Under the pieces are notes generated by a model. That model had not been told where the DNA came from. It saw only the letters and a program-made list of their open reading frames with translations, and searched no databases. Source: Vulcanimicrobiota bacterium (GTDB lineage Bacteria > Vulcanimicrobiota > Vulcanimicrobiia > Vulcanimicrobiales > Vulcanimicrobiaceae). Taken from it: 64,000 nt of DNA. A program made the translations under genes and the position numbers. The stretch lies in contig CAVTCS010000003.1 in NCBI GenBank assembly GCA_963733295.1, positions 2,784,001-2,848,000 on the forward strand, in the 5' to 3' direction. The first letter of the stretch is position 1. Each line of letters begins with the position of its first letter. Shown here piece after piece: positions 50,004-59,502 of this stretch.

Positions 50004-51368
50004 GTGAGCGATAGCAGTCTGATGGAAACGATCGCGGCGCTCGCGACGCCGCCCGGGCGCGGCGCGATCTCGATCGTCCGTTTGAGCGGTCCGGACGCGC
50101 TAGGAATCGCGGCGCGCGTCGCGCCGGCGCAGCGTCCGCTAGAGCCGCGGGTCGCGACCCTGGCGCGCATTCTCGCCGCCGACGGCGTGCAGATCGATGA
50201 AGGTTTAGTGCTGTACTTTCCCGGCCCGCACAGTTACACCGGCGAAGACGTGGTGGAGTTGCACGTTCACGGCTCGCCCGCGGTGGTGCGCGAAACGCTG
50301 GCAGCTTTGCTGGCCGCCGGCGCGCGCTTGGCCGAGCCCGGCGAGTTCACCAGGCGCGCCTTTCTGGCCGGCAAGCTCGACCTGAGTGCGGCCGAAGCAG
50401 TCGCGGAGCTCATCGCGGCCGAGCATAGCGGCGCAGCGCGCGCCGCCGCGGCGCGGCTTTCGGGCGGGTTGGCCGGCGCGGTCGAGGATTTGCGGGCGCG
50501 ACTGGGCGCGATGCTCGAGGAGTTGAGCGCCGCGCTCGACTTTCCGGACGAGGTCGAGACGCCGTCCCGCGCTCGGCTGGCAGCGCGGGTGGGCGAGGTT
50601 CGCGCCGGACTGGACGCGCTCGCGAGCGGCTGGGAACGCGGGCGCCTCGTGCGCGAAGGCGTGTCGATTGCGATCGTGGGGCCGCCGAACGCGGGCAAAT
50701 CCTCGCTTCTCAACGCCTTACTGGGCAGCGATCGCGCCCTGGTTTCGGCGCTCGCGGGCACGACCCGCGACACGCTCGAGGAGAGCCTGGCGCTCGACGG
50801 CTTCGTCGCCCGGCTGATCGATACGGCCGGACTGCGCCCGAGCCCGGAGGGGCTCGAAGCCGCCGGCATCGCGCGCGCCGAGGCGGCCTTGGCCGAGTCA
50901 CGGATCGCGCTGGTCGTGATCGACGGCTCGCGGCCGCTCGACGGCGAGGCGCGCGACCTGCTGGCCCGCACGCGCGGCGGCGAGCGCATCGTGTACTTCA
51001 ACAAGCGCGACCTGGGGTGCTCCGGTTACGAAGCGCGCGATGCCGCGGAGCTGGACGCGCTTTTCGGAAGCGCTTTCGATCCCGCGACGGTCGAGGCGGT
51101 CCGCGCCGCGCTCGTGCAGCTCGTGACGCAAGGCGAAACGGTCGACCCGGCTTACGCGCATCTCGGAACGGCGCGTCAAGCGGACGCGGTGCTCGCGGCG
51201 CGCCGCGCGCTCGAGGAGGCGGCGGAAACGCTGGCTTCGGGCGCGCCCGTCGACCTGCTGACCGGCGATTTGCTCGCGGCCTCGGCCGCGCTCGGCGGAG
51301 TGACGGGCTTTGCGGCGAGCGAAGAGCTGTTGGATGCGATCTTCGCGCGCTTTTGCATCGGTAAGTAA
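50004..51368 (+). CDS. mnmE: tRNA modification GTPase
   Basis: TIAALATPPG, SYTGEDVVE, GPPNAGKSS, GTTRD, DTAG, terminal FCIGK. Confidence 0.96.
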   Translation: MSDSSLMETIAALATPPGRGAISIVRLSGPDALGIAARVAPAQRPLEPRVATLARILAADGVQIDEGLVLYFPGPHSYTGEDVVELHVHGSPAVVRETLAALLAAGARLAEPGEFTRRAFLAGKLDLSAAEAVAELIAAEHSGAARAAAARLSGGLAGAVEDLRARLGAMLEELSAALDFPDEVETPSRARLAARVGEVRAGLDALASGWERGRLVREGVSIAIVGPPNAGKSSLLNALLGSDRALVSALAGTTRDTLEESLALDGFVARLIDTAGLRPSPEGLEAAGIARAEAALAESRIALVVIDGSRPLDGEARDLLARTRGGERIVYFNKRDLGCSGYEARDAAELDALFGSAFDPATVEAVRAALVQLVTQGETVDPAYAHLGTARQADAVLAARRALEEAAETLASGAPVDLLTGDLLAASAALGGVTGFAASEELLDAIFARFCIGK

Positions 51369-51401
51369 GGACGGCACAAAGCGCGTGATACGATTCGGGC
51401 G

Positions 51402-53297
51402 ATGAGCCCCAGATCGAGCGACGCCGCGACGATCGTGGTCGGCGGCGGTCATGCCGGCGTCGAAGCCGCGCTGGCCTCGGCGCGGACCGGCGCGCCGACG
51501 CTGCTCGTCACCGGCGATCCCGAACGCATCTGCACGCTCGCCTGTAACCCGTCGATCGGCGGTAGCGCGAAAGGGCAGCTGGTGCGCGAAATCGACGCGC
51601 TCGGCGGGGAGATGGCGCGCATCATCGATCGTAGCGAATTGCACGTACGCTTTCTCAACGAATCGAAGGGTCCGGCGGTGCGCGCGCTGCGGGCGCAGGC
51701 CGACAAGGCCGCCTACGCGCGCATCGCGACCGAAACCTTGCGCGCGCAGACCAACCTGACCATCGTGCCGGGGCTCGTCGAAGATCTCGTGCTGCGGGCC
51801 GGGCGCATCGCCGGCGTGACGACGAGCGACGGGCGCTGCTACTACGCCCCGAGCGTCGTCCTCGCGACCGGAACGTTCCTCGGCGGGCGGATCTTCCGCG
51901 GCGAGTGGAGCGAAGCCGCCGGACGCCTCGGTGAAGCGCCCTCGCAGGGGCTCTCGCTCGCCTTGCGGCGCGCCGGTTTCCGGATGGGCCGGCTCAAAAC
52001 GGGAACGCCGCCGCGGGTCGATCCGGCCAGCGCCGACGTGACGCGCATGAAGCTGCAAGCGCCAAGCCCCGTCCCGCTGCCGTTTTCCTATCGCAGCCCG
52101 GCCGCCTTTGCCGGACCGCAGTTACCGTGCTTCGTCGTCGCGACGAACGCGCGCACGCACGCGCTCGTGCGCGACAACTTGCACCGCTCGCCGCTTTACG
52201 GTCTCGATCTCATTCGCGGCATCGGTCCACGCTACTGTCCTTCGATAGAAGATAAAGTAGTTAAGTTTTCGCACAATCCGAGTCACTTGATCTTCGTCGA
52301 GCCCGAAGGCTGGGACGTTGCGTCGCTCTACATCGGCGGTTTCTCGACCTCGCTGCCGGCCGAGGTGCAACTCGCGATGCTGCGAACGCTGCCCGGGCTC
52401 GAAAGCGCCGAGATGCTGCGGCCGGGGTATGCCGTGGAATACGACTACGTATCGCCGCTCGAACTCTACCCGACGCTCGAAACGCGCCGCGTCGCGGGCC
52501 TCTTTCACTGCGGACAACTCAACGGAACCTCGGGCTACGAAGAAGCCGCCGCGCAAGGACTCGTCGCGGGAATCAACGCGTCGCGGCGCGCGCGCGGCGA
52601 CGAGCCCATCAGCTTCGCGCGCTCGCAATCGTACATCGGGGTGTTGATCGACGACCTCGTCACCAAAGGTGTCGACGAGCCGTATCGCATGCTCACTTCG
52701 CGGGCCGAACATCGCGTTTTGTTGCGGCACGACAACGCCGACCTGCGCCTCTCACCGCTCGGGCGCGAACTCGGATTGCTCGGCGACGACGATTTCGCCA
52801 CGTTCGCAGCGCGCCGTGCCGAACTCGCCGCGGGACTCGAGCGCGCGCATCGGATCCGGCTCGGCAACGACGCGCCGCGCGGTCTGGCCGGCATGAGCGC
52901 GGCCGAAGCGCTGCGCCGCCCGGACGTCGGCCACGGGGACTTGGCGCGCTTTTTGTCCGTGACGCCGGAAGTCGGCGAGCGGGTCGAGATCGAGTTGAAA
53001 CTCGAAGGTTACGTCCGGCGGCAAGAGCGCAACGTCGAGCGCGCCGCGGCGCACGAAAGCACTTTGCTGCCGGCCGACTTCGCCTACGGGTCGCTCGGCG
53101 CGCTGTCGCTGGAGGCGCGCGAAAAATTCAGCCGCCACCGGCCAACGACGCTCGGTGCGGCCGGGCGCATTCCCGGCATTTCGCCGGCCGACGTCGCGAT
53201 TCTGAGCGTGCTCTTGCGACGCGGGCGCTCCGGCGAGAGTTCGGTCGCGAGTGCAGGCGAATCCGCGAACGAGCCGGCCCTCGCGACGCGCGGGTGA
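51402..53297 (+). CDS. mnmG: tRNA uridine-5-carboxymethylaminomethyl modification enzyme
   Basis: [49 protein letters not shown]. Confidence 0.97.
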   Translation: MSPRSSDAATIVVGGGHAGVEAALASARTGAPTLLVTGDPERICTLACNPSIGGSAKGQLVREIDALGGEMARIIDRSELHVRFLNESKGPAVRALRAQADKAAYARIATETLRAQTNLTIVPGLVEDLVLRAGRIAGVTTSDGRCYYAPSVVLATGTFLGGRIFRGEWSEAAGRLGEAPSQGLSLALRRAGFRMGRLKTGTPPRVDPASADVTRMKLQAPSPVPLPFSYRSPAAFAGPQLPCFVVATNARTHALVRDNLHRSPLYGLDLIRGIGPRYCPSIEDKVVKFSHNPSHLIFVEPEGWDVASLYIGGFSTSLPAEVQLAMLRTLPGLESAEMLRPGYAVEYDYVSPLELYPTLETRRVAGLFHCGQLNGTSGYEEAAAQGLVAGINASRRARGDEPISFARSQSYIGVLIDDLVTKGVDEPYRMLTSRAEHRVLLRHDNADLRLSPLGRELGLLGDDDFATFAARRAELAAGLERAHRIRLGNDAPRGLAGMSAAEALRRPDVGHGDLARFLSVTPEVGERVEIELKLEGYVRRQERNVERAAAHESTLLPADFAYGSLGALSLEAREKFSRHRPTTLGAAGRIPGISPADVAILSVLLRRGRSGESSVASAGESANEPALATRG

Positions 53298-54001
53298 CCG
53301 GAGAGTTCGAAGCGGCGCTCGCAGATCGCGTCGAGCCTGCCTATCTCGACCGGCTCGCCGCGTTCGCGCGACTCTTGGCGCGAGCCAACGCGTCGCAGAA
53401 TCTCACCGGAGCGCGCAGCCCGGGCGAGCTGGCCGATCAGGTCGCCGACGCCCTGAGTCTCGTGCCGTTCGTGCGCGAGCCGTTGCTCGACGTCGGCAGC
53501 GGGGGCGGCTTTCCGGCGGTGCCGCTCGCGATCGTTACCGGCTGTCGCGCGACCCTCGTCGAGTCGGTGGCGAAGAAAGCCCGCTTCCTCGAGGCCGCGG
53601 TGAACGAGCTCGGGCTGCCGGTCACCGTCGTCGTCGCGCGTGCGGAAGCCGCGGCCCACGATCCTCGCTGGCGGGAGCGCTTCCTGACGGCAACCGCGCG
53701 CGCCGTCGGTTCGCTGCCCACCGTGCTCGAGCTGACGGTGCCCTTCCTGGCGGCGGGCGGGAGCGCGGTGTTGCAGCGCGGCTTCTTGAGCGAGGAGGAG
53801 CGGCAAGCCGGGGCGGACGCCGCGCTCATGCTCGGCGCCGAACTCTCCGGAGAAATAGAGCTCGACGGCGTACGGAGGCTCGTGCTGGCTCGCAAGTCCG
53901 GCGCAACGCCGGGGCGTTTTCCGCGCCGAACCGGGGTCCCGCAAAAGCGCCCGCTGTGCAGCCGGGCCGCCCCCGGCCGGCCGGTTCCGGCCGATGGCTG
54001 A
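53294..54001 (+). CDS. rsmG: 16S rRNA m7G527 methyltransferase
   Basis: [27 protein letters not shown]. Confidence 0.92.
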   Translation: MTGEFEAALADRVEPAYLDRLAAFARLLARANASQNLTGARSPGELADQVADALSLVPFVREPLLDVGSGGGFPAVPLAIVTGCRATLVESVAKKARFLEAAVNELGLPVTVVVARAEAAAHDPRWRERFLTATARAVGSLPTVLELTVPFLAAGGSAVLQRGFLSEEERQAGADAALMLGAELSGEIELDGVRRLVLARKSGATPGRFPRRTGVPQKRPLCSRAAPGRPVPADG

Positions 54002-55403
54002 GACCGTCCGCGAAACGGCCGCTCTCGACGCGAAGCTGGCCGAAGCGCTCGCGCCGGGCGAGTTGTACGCCGTCGGCGGCCGGGTCCGCGACGAGGTGCG
54101 AAGCGCGCTCGACGGCGTGCCTCGCTCGGCCAAGGACCTCGACTACGTCGTCACCGGCCTCGAGCTCGAGGCGCTGACCGAACGGCTTCGCACGCTCGGA
54201 CGGGCCGACGTCGTGGGCTCGAGCTTCGCGGTCGTGAAAGCCACCTTCGACGGCACGACCGTCGACGTAGCGCTACCGCGGCGCGAGCACTCGACCGGCG
54301 TCGGACACCGGGAATTCGCCGTCGAGGCAGGCCCGGAGGTTTCGCTGGAAGACGATCTGGCGCGCCGGGATTTCCGGATGAATATGCTGGCTCGCGCCTT
54401 GCCCTCCGGACGTTTGGTCGATCCCTACCGCGGCGAAGCCGACATCGAAGCGGGCCGCATCGATGTGTTGCGGCGCGAAGCCTTCGACGAAGACCCGCTG
54501 CGCATGTTGCGCGCGTGTCAGTTTGCCGCGCGTTTCGAGTTTGCCGTTACGCCCGCAACCTTCGAAGCGATGCGCAGCGCGGCGCCGCTTGTGGAGAGCG
54601 TTTCCGCCGAACGCGTCCGCGACGAAGCGATCAAGTTGCTCGAACTCGCGCGCCGGCCGTCGCTCGGATTCGAACTCATGCGTGAAAGCGATTTGCTCGG
54701 CCGCGTCTTGCCTGAAATCGCCGAGGGAATCGACGTCGAGCAAAACGAGTGGCACGCCTACGACGTCTACCGGCATACGCTGGAGACGCTCGACGCGACG
54801 CCGCCGGGCGACCTGGTCTTGCGTCTCGCCGCGCTTTTCCACGACGTCGGAAAGCCACGCACGAAAGACGGCCCGCATTTTTACCAGCACGAAGTACTGG
54901 GCGAGGCGATGACGCGACAGGCGCTCGAGCGGCTGCGCTTTCCGGCTGCAGTCATCGACGAGGTGGCTTCCCTCGTGCGGAACCACATGTACGCGGCTGA
55001 CCCGGCAGCCGCCGACCGGACCGTGCGCCGCTTCATCCGGCGGATCGGCGCCGGGAACCTCGAGCGCCAATTCGCGCTGCGTGCCGCGGACATCACGGGC
55101 AGCGGGCTTCCGAAACGCGGTCCGGAAAACGAGCAGTTTGCCGAGCGCGTCTACGCGATTGCCGCGCAGCGGCCGGCTCTCGCCGTTTCCGACCTAGCGG
55201 TCGGCGGCCAAGAGGTGATCGATGAGTTGGTGGCTGCCGGCCTCTTGCCGCGGGGCTCGCGCGGCGGGCCGCTCGTCGGAGAAATCATGCGCGCCTTGTT
55301 GGAGCAGGTGACGGATGAGCCCGCTTGTAACGAGCCTGGCGAACTGAAGAAGACAATTCGAAACCTGATTGCGCGGCGCTCGGACGGCGAATCAGGCGCG
55401 TGA
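53994..55403 (+). CDS. cca: class II tRNA nucleotidyltransferase (CCA-adding family) with HD domain
   Basis: VGGRVRD, DLD, DLARRDFRMN, EDPLRMLRA, SAERVRDE, LFHDVGKP. Confidence 0.85.
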   Translation: MAETVRETAALDAKLAEALAPGELYAVGGRVRDEVRSALDGVPRSAKDLDYVVTGLELEALTERLRTLGRADVVGSSFAVVKATFDGTTVDVALPRREHSTGVGHREFAVEAGPEVSLEDDLARRDFRMNMLARALPSGRLVDPYRGEADIEAGRIDVLRREAFDEDPLRMLRACQFAARFEFAVTPATFEAMRSAAPLVESVSAERVRDEAIKLLELARRPSLGFELMRESDLLGRVLPEIAEGIDVEQNEWHAYDVYRHTLETLDATPPGDLVLRLAALFHDVGKPRTKDGPHFYQHEVLGEAMTRQALERLRFPAAVIDEVASLVRNHMYAADPAAADRTVRRFIRRIGAGNLERQFALRAADITGSGLPKRGPENEQFAERVYAIAAQRPALAVSDLAVGGQEVIDELVAAGLLPRGSRGGPLVGEIMRALLEQVTDEPACNEPGELKKTIRNLIARRSDGESGA

Positions 55404-55430
55404 CTGCCCACGAAAGCGAGAGGGGCGAGA

Positions 55431-56234
55431 ATCGGCAACATTTCACGTGAAACATCCGAGCCATCGCCGGGTGGGACGACGCGAATTATCGCGATCGTGA
55501 ACCAAAAAGGCGGCGTCGGAAAAAGCACGACGGCCGTCAACTTGGGCGCGTCGCTGGCCCTGCTCGGCCGGCGCGTCCTGCTGGTCGATATCGATCCTCA
55601 AGGCAACACGACAAGCGGTCTGGGCATCGAGAAGCGCTCGATCCGGCATGACGTCTACGCGATTTTGCTGGCCGACGTGCCCATGCGCGAGGCCATCTTG
55701 AAGACGGCGATCCCCGACCTTCAGCTCGTCCCCTCGACGATCAACCTGGCGGGTGCCGAAATTGAGCTCGTCGCCGTGCTCTCGCGGGAAACCCGCCTCA
55801 AAGTGGCCCTGCGCCCGGTCGCTTCCGAGTACGAGTACGTGCTCATCGATTGTCCGCCTTCGCTCGGTCTCTTGACGCTCAACGCCCTGACCGCGGCGGA
55901 CGAGGTTCTCATCCCGGTGCAAGCCGAGTACTATGCCCTCGAAGGGCTCTCCCAACTGACGACCGTCGTGGCCCGGATCCGGGAGGCGCTCAATCCGGGT
56001 CTGCGGATCAGCGGCGTCCTGGTAACGATGTTCGACGGCCGCACCAAACTCGCCACCGAAGTATTGGACGAAGTGAACGCATATTTTCCGGAGCAGGTTT
56101 TCCGGACCCAGATCCCCCGCAACGTCCGGCTTTCCGAGGCTCCATCCTACGGCAAGCCGGTTGCGCTCTTCGACGTGAAGAGCCGGGGAGCGCAAGCGTA
56201 CCTTGCGCTCGCGCGGGAAGTCTTGGGCGCGTGA
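55431..56234 (+). CDS. parA: chromosome partitioning ATPase ParA/Soj
   Basis: RIIAIVNQKGGVGKST, DIDPQGN, IDCPPSLG, IPRNVRLSEAPSYG. Start uncertain: conserved strand RIIAI precedes the first canonical codon (GTG 55497). Confidence 0.95.
   Translation: MGNISRETSEPSPGGTTRIIAIVNQKGGVGKSTTAVNLGASLALLGRRVLLVDIDPQGNTTSGLGIEKRSIRHDVYAILLADVPMREAILKTAIPDLQLVPSTINLAGAEIELVAVLSRETRLKVALRPVASEYEYVLIDCPPSLGLLTLNALTAADEVLIPVQAEYYALEGLSQLTTVVARIREALNPGLRISGVLVTMFDGRTKLATEVLDEVNAYFPEQVFRTQIPRNVRLSEAPSYGKPVALFDVKSRGAQAYLALAREVLGA
55439..55454. promoter_or_regulatory. parS: parS centromere-like site
   Basis: CATTTCACGTGAAACA matches the TGTTTCACGTGAAACA consensus at 14/16; at the 5' end of parA. Confidence 0.85.
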
Positions 56235-57097
56235 GCGTCAAGCGCGGACTCGGTCGAGGGCTCGGCGCGCTGCTTGGCGAGGAACAGCGCCCGGCGGCGG
56301 GGAGCGGGCTGACCCAAATTCCGGTCGGCGCGATCTTGCCGAATTCTCAGCAGCCGCGAACGCACTTCGACCCCCAAGGGCTGGCCGAGTTGGAACAATC
56401 GATCCGCGAGCTCGGCGTGCTCGTTCCGATCATCGTGCGGCCGGTTTCCGGCGACGGACCGGCGCGTTTCGAACTGATTGCCGGCGAGCGCCGCTGGCGG
56501 GCGGCGGCAGCGGCCCGCCTGGAGACGATTCCGGCGATCGTGCGCTCGGCCGACGACCGCTCCAGCCTTGAGTTGGCGGTCGTCGAAAACATGCAGCGCG
56601 AAGATCTCGGCCCGCTCGAGGAAGCGATGGGCTTCGCGCATCTCTTGGACGAGTACGCCTACACCCAGGAGAGTCTCGCCGAGCGGATCGGCAAGAGCCG
56701 GTCGGTGATTGCGAACAGCCTGCGGCTGCTCGGCCTGTCCGACTCGATCAAAGCGCGCCTGCGCAGCGGCGCCTTGAGCGCCGGTCACGCCCGGGCTCTG
56801 CTGGGCGTCGACGCGCGCGAGCGCGAGTCCCTGGCAGCCCGCATCGAACGCGACGGGCTGACGGTCCGCGACATCGAGCGCTTCGGCGCGCGCCGCAAAG
56901 CGCGCCGTTCCGCTGCGCCTGCCCCGCCGCGCAAGAATCCCGACCTCGAAGCGGTGGAGACGCGCTTGCGCTACCGCTTGGGCGCGCACGTCGCGATCGT
57001 GCCCGGCCCGGGCGGCGGCGGCCGCATCGAAATTCGTTACTCCGACAAGACCGAATTGACTCGTTTGATCGAAGCCATCGTTCCGGAGGGCGCATGA
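56231..57097 (+). CDS. parB: chromosome partitioning protein ParB/Spo0J
   Basis: RGLGRGLGALL, QPRTHF, IAGERRWRA, ENMQREDL, HTH. Confidence 0.96.
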   Translation: MSVKRGLGRGLGALLGEEQRPAAGSGLTQIPVGAILPNSQQPRTHFDPQGLAELEQSIRELGVLVPIIVRPVSGDGPARFELIAGERRWRAAAAARLETIPAIVRSADDRSSLELAVVENMQREDLGPLEEAMGFAHLLDEYAYTQESLAERIGKSRSVIANSLRLLGLSDSIKARLRSGALSAGHARALLGVDARERESLAARIERDGLTVRDIERFGARRKARRSAAPAPPRKNPDLEAVETRLRYRLGAHVAIVPGPGGGGRIEIRYSDKTELTRLIEAIVPEGA

Positions 57098-57948
57098 CCC
57101 CAGGCCTCGTTCGCTCCGTCCTGCTCGGTTGCGGCCTCGCGCTGGGCGCCGTCGCCGCGTCGGCCGCAGCCGGCTCCGGCGCGACGAGCTCGCCGCAGCC
57201 GGCCCTGACCCATCTAAGTCAGGCGCAGCGCAGCGTCTTCGACACCTACCTCGGAGCGCTCGGCCGGGGCGACTACGTCGCGGCTTTCGCCCTGCTGACG
57301 CGGGATGAACAGCGTTACTTCGGGAGTTCTGCGAACTACGCGTCCGGGTTCGTCGCTGACGGGTTGAAGATCTTATCCTACAAAGCCATCGGACTGACGC
57401 CGTTCTCCGGCGGGGTTGTGGTGAGCGTCAGCGAGGATTTCCAGTTCAACGATCCCGGCCACGGCATTCCGGTGAAGGCCAAGGGCAGGGTCGACTACGG
57501 CCTCATCAACGAGGACGGCAAGGTTCGGGTCAAAGACCCTTCCCATCCCTGGCTCGCCGTCGTCCCGAAGAACGCGAGCGTGACGCAAGACGGGCTGCGG
57601 GTGACGGTCAACAAGGTTTCGTTCTTCACCGGGCGCGTCGAGGTGTTGCTGACTTTTTCCAACATCGCCGACACGACCGTGACGTTGCTTCCTTACGGCC
57701 GCTCGGTTTTGCAAGACGCGGCCGGCACGACGTATCATCCGATCGAGACGGCGCTGCCGGGGCTCACCGACCGCAATCTCAGGCTGGGACTGCGTTTGCC
57801 GAGCGACGCCCAGTATACGGGTGCGCTGACCTTCCTGACCCCGAACCGTTTCACGCCCAAGAGCTTGAATTTGACGATCGCGCCGCAATTGCGCGACGGC
57901 GCCGACGCGCCGTTCGAGGTGGACCTGCCCATCGCTCTTCGTTCCTAG
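57094..57948 (+). CDS. secreted hypothetical protein (NTF2-like N part, Ig-like C part)
   Basis: Signal peptide; ATGA overlap with parB; natural composition. Fold calls are by eye. Confidence 0.65.
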   Translation: MTPGLVRSVLLGCGLALGAVAASAAAGSGATSSPQPALTHLSQAQRSVFDTYLGALGRGDYVAAFALLTRDEQRYFGSSANYASGFVADGLKILSYKAIGLTPFSGGVVVSVSEDFQFNDPGHGIPVKAKGRVDYGLINEDGKVRVKDPSHPWLAVVPKNASVTQDGLRVTVNKVSFFTGRVEVLLTFSNIADTTVTLLPYGRSVLQDAAGTTYHPIETALPGLTDRNLRLGLRLPSDAQYTGALTFLTPNRFTPKSLNLTIAPQLRDGADAPFEVDLPIALRS

Positions 57949-58011
57949 TTCGCACTACGGAGTACGTTCTCAAGCGGCTCAGGAGAACGCGCTCGGGGTG
58001 CAGGTTCCGAG

Positions 58012-58033
58012 GGCCTTTTCGAGGGCCGGTTTT
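58012..58033 (+). terminator. putative intrinsic terminator
   Basis: GGCCTT-TTCG-AGGGCC stem-loop followed by GGTTTT. Confidence 0.45.
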
Positions 58034-58160
58034 GCGCCCCCCGAGGGCTCGCTTTCCTAAGAGGAGACGGTGAACACCGGGGCTAAATCGCGAGCGGTAT
58101 CGGTGGTGGAACTTTTCAGAAGGCCGCCGACTATTTTCTCGTGTTCACGGGAGTTCTCGT

Positions 58161-58823
58161 ATGCGTCGTCTTTCGCTCACGCTGATCGCTTCTTGCGGCA
58201 TCGCGTTGTTGTCCGCATGCAACGGCGGCGGATACGCGTTTACCGGCACCAACGGCAACAACAGCATCAGCGCGGTCGCTTTTCAGAACGGCTCGGGCCA
58301 AGCCAACGATTTCTTCGTCGCGCCGCTCGGTTCGACGCCGTTGCAAATCAACGCCGTCGCCTACAAGGGTACCGGCCAGCTCTCGCTGGTCGTTCCCGAC
58401 ATCAAGTTCAAGTGGGAGGTCGGTTTCGCACCGCCCGGCTCGACATACCCCAAGGGCCAGAACGGCGTCCAAACGGCGTGCGGAGAGCCGGCATCGGGCA
58501 CCGTGCCGCTGTACTATTCGCTCCTGTTCCAAAACAACGGCACGGGACCGGTGCCGACCCCGATCGCGTCGCCGCTTCCGGTAACGCCGGTCGCACCGGC
58601 GTCCGGGGAAACCTCGCCGCAATTCATCGGTTACGCGCTTGCCGCGCCGGGCTATGCGGCTTCGACGATTTACGTCGCGCCGGCGCTCGATCCGACCAAG
58701 ATCCCCGCGGTTGTCCCGATCGGCTTTGCGGAGGGCTCGACCAACTACTGCCTCCAGGTCGACGCGATTTACAATGGCAGCACGGCCGGCTCGGTGATCG
58801 TCGTCGTCAGCAACTCGCCCTAA
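58161..58823 (+). CDS. hypothetical lipoprotein
   Basis: GGGAG SD, MRR n-region, lipobox LSAC; beta-rich. Confidence 0.75.
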   Translation: MRRLSLTLIASCGIALLSACNGGGYAFTGTNGNNSISAVAFQNGSGQANDFFVAPLGSTPLQINAVAYKGTGQLSLVVPDIKFKWEVGFAPPGSTYPKGQNGVQTACGEPASGTVPLYYSLLFQNNGTGPVPTPIASPLPVTPVAPASGETSPQFIGYALAAPGYAASTIYVAPALDPTKIPAVVPIGFAEGSTNYCLQVDAIYNGSTAGSVIVVVSNSP

Positions 58824-58846
58824 AGCAGTCGCTCGAGTTCGGCCTT

Positions 58847-58887
58847 CGAGGAGCGTCGCGCTGAGCGGCGCTCCTCGTTCGCTTTTT
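58847..58887 (+). terminator. 13-bp hairpin with T-rich tail overlapping the thiE ribosome-binding site
   Basis: CGAGGAGCGTCGC-GCTGA-GCGGCGCTCCTCG followed by TTCGCTTTTT. Confidence 0.55.
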
Positions 58888-59502
58888 CCGCCGCTCGCGG
58901 GCATCTACGCGATCGTCGATGCCTCGCTCTCGGCCGATCCCGAAGGGCTGCTCGAACGTTTGCTTGAGGGCGGAATCAAATTGGTTCAGTACCGTAGTAA
59001 ATCGGGTGTCGAACGATCGCGCGTGCGCGCGATGCACGCGCGTACTCGACGCAGCGGCGCGCTCTTGATCGTCAACGACGACGTCGAAGCGGCGCTCGAG
59101 GCCGACGGCTTGCACGCCGGACAAGAAGATCTTGCCGGCCTCGACGTCGCAGCGCTGCGCCTGCGACTCGGCGCGCGAATTCTGGGGATCTCGTGCGGTA
59201 CGCCGGACGAAGCGCGCGCCGCTGCGCGAAGCGGCGCGAACTACCTCGGCGTGGGTCCCTTTGCGCCGACCGCCACCAAGCTCGATGCGGGACCTGCGCT
59301 GGGCGAGAGCGGCGTACGCGAGATCGTCGGAGCCGCCTCGCTGCCGGTCGCGGCGATCGGCGGCATCGGGTTCGAGAACCTCGCCGCCGTGGCGCGAACC
59401 GGAGCGGCAATGGCCGCGGTCGTCTCCGCGCTGGCCTTCGCCGCCGATCCGGCGGCGGCGGCTCGCGAACTTACGGCACGCTGGAAGGGTCTCGCGACGT
59501 GA
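58861..59502 (+). CDS. thiE: thiamine-phosphate synthase
   Basis: GIYAIVD, VQYRSK, IVNDD, GLHAGQED, GPFAPTATK, AIGGI. CTG start 7 nt after GAGGAG. Confidence 0.92.
   Translation: MSGAPRSLFPPLAGIYAIVDASLSADPEGLLERLLEGGIKLVQYRSKSGVERSRVRAMHARTRRSGALLIVNDDVEAALEADGLHAGQEDLAGLDVAALRLRLGARILGISCGTPDEARAAARSGANYLGVGPFAPTATKLDAGPALGESGVREIVGAASLPVAAIGGIGFENLAAVARTGAAMAAVVSALAFAADPAAAARELTARWKGLAT

Noticed and set aside
57949..58860. TPP riboswitch for thiE-thiD
   Set aside because: The conserved CTGAGA and ACCTGA...TAATGC elements were not found.
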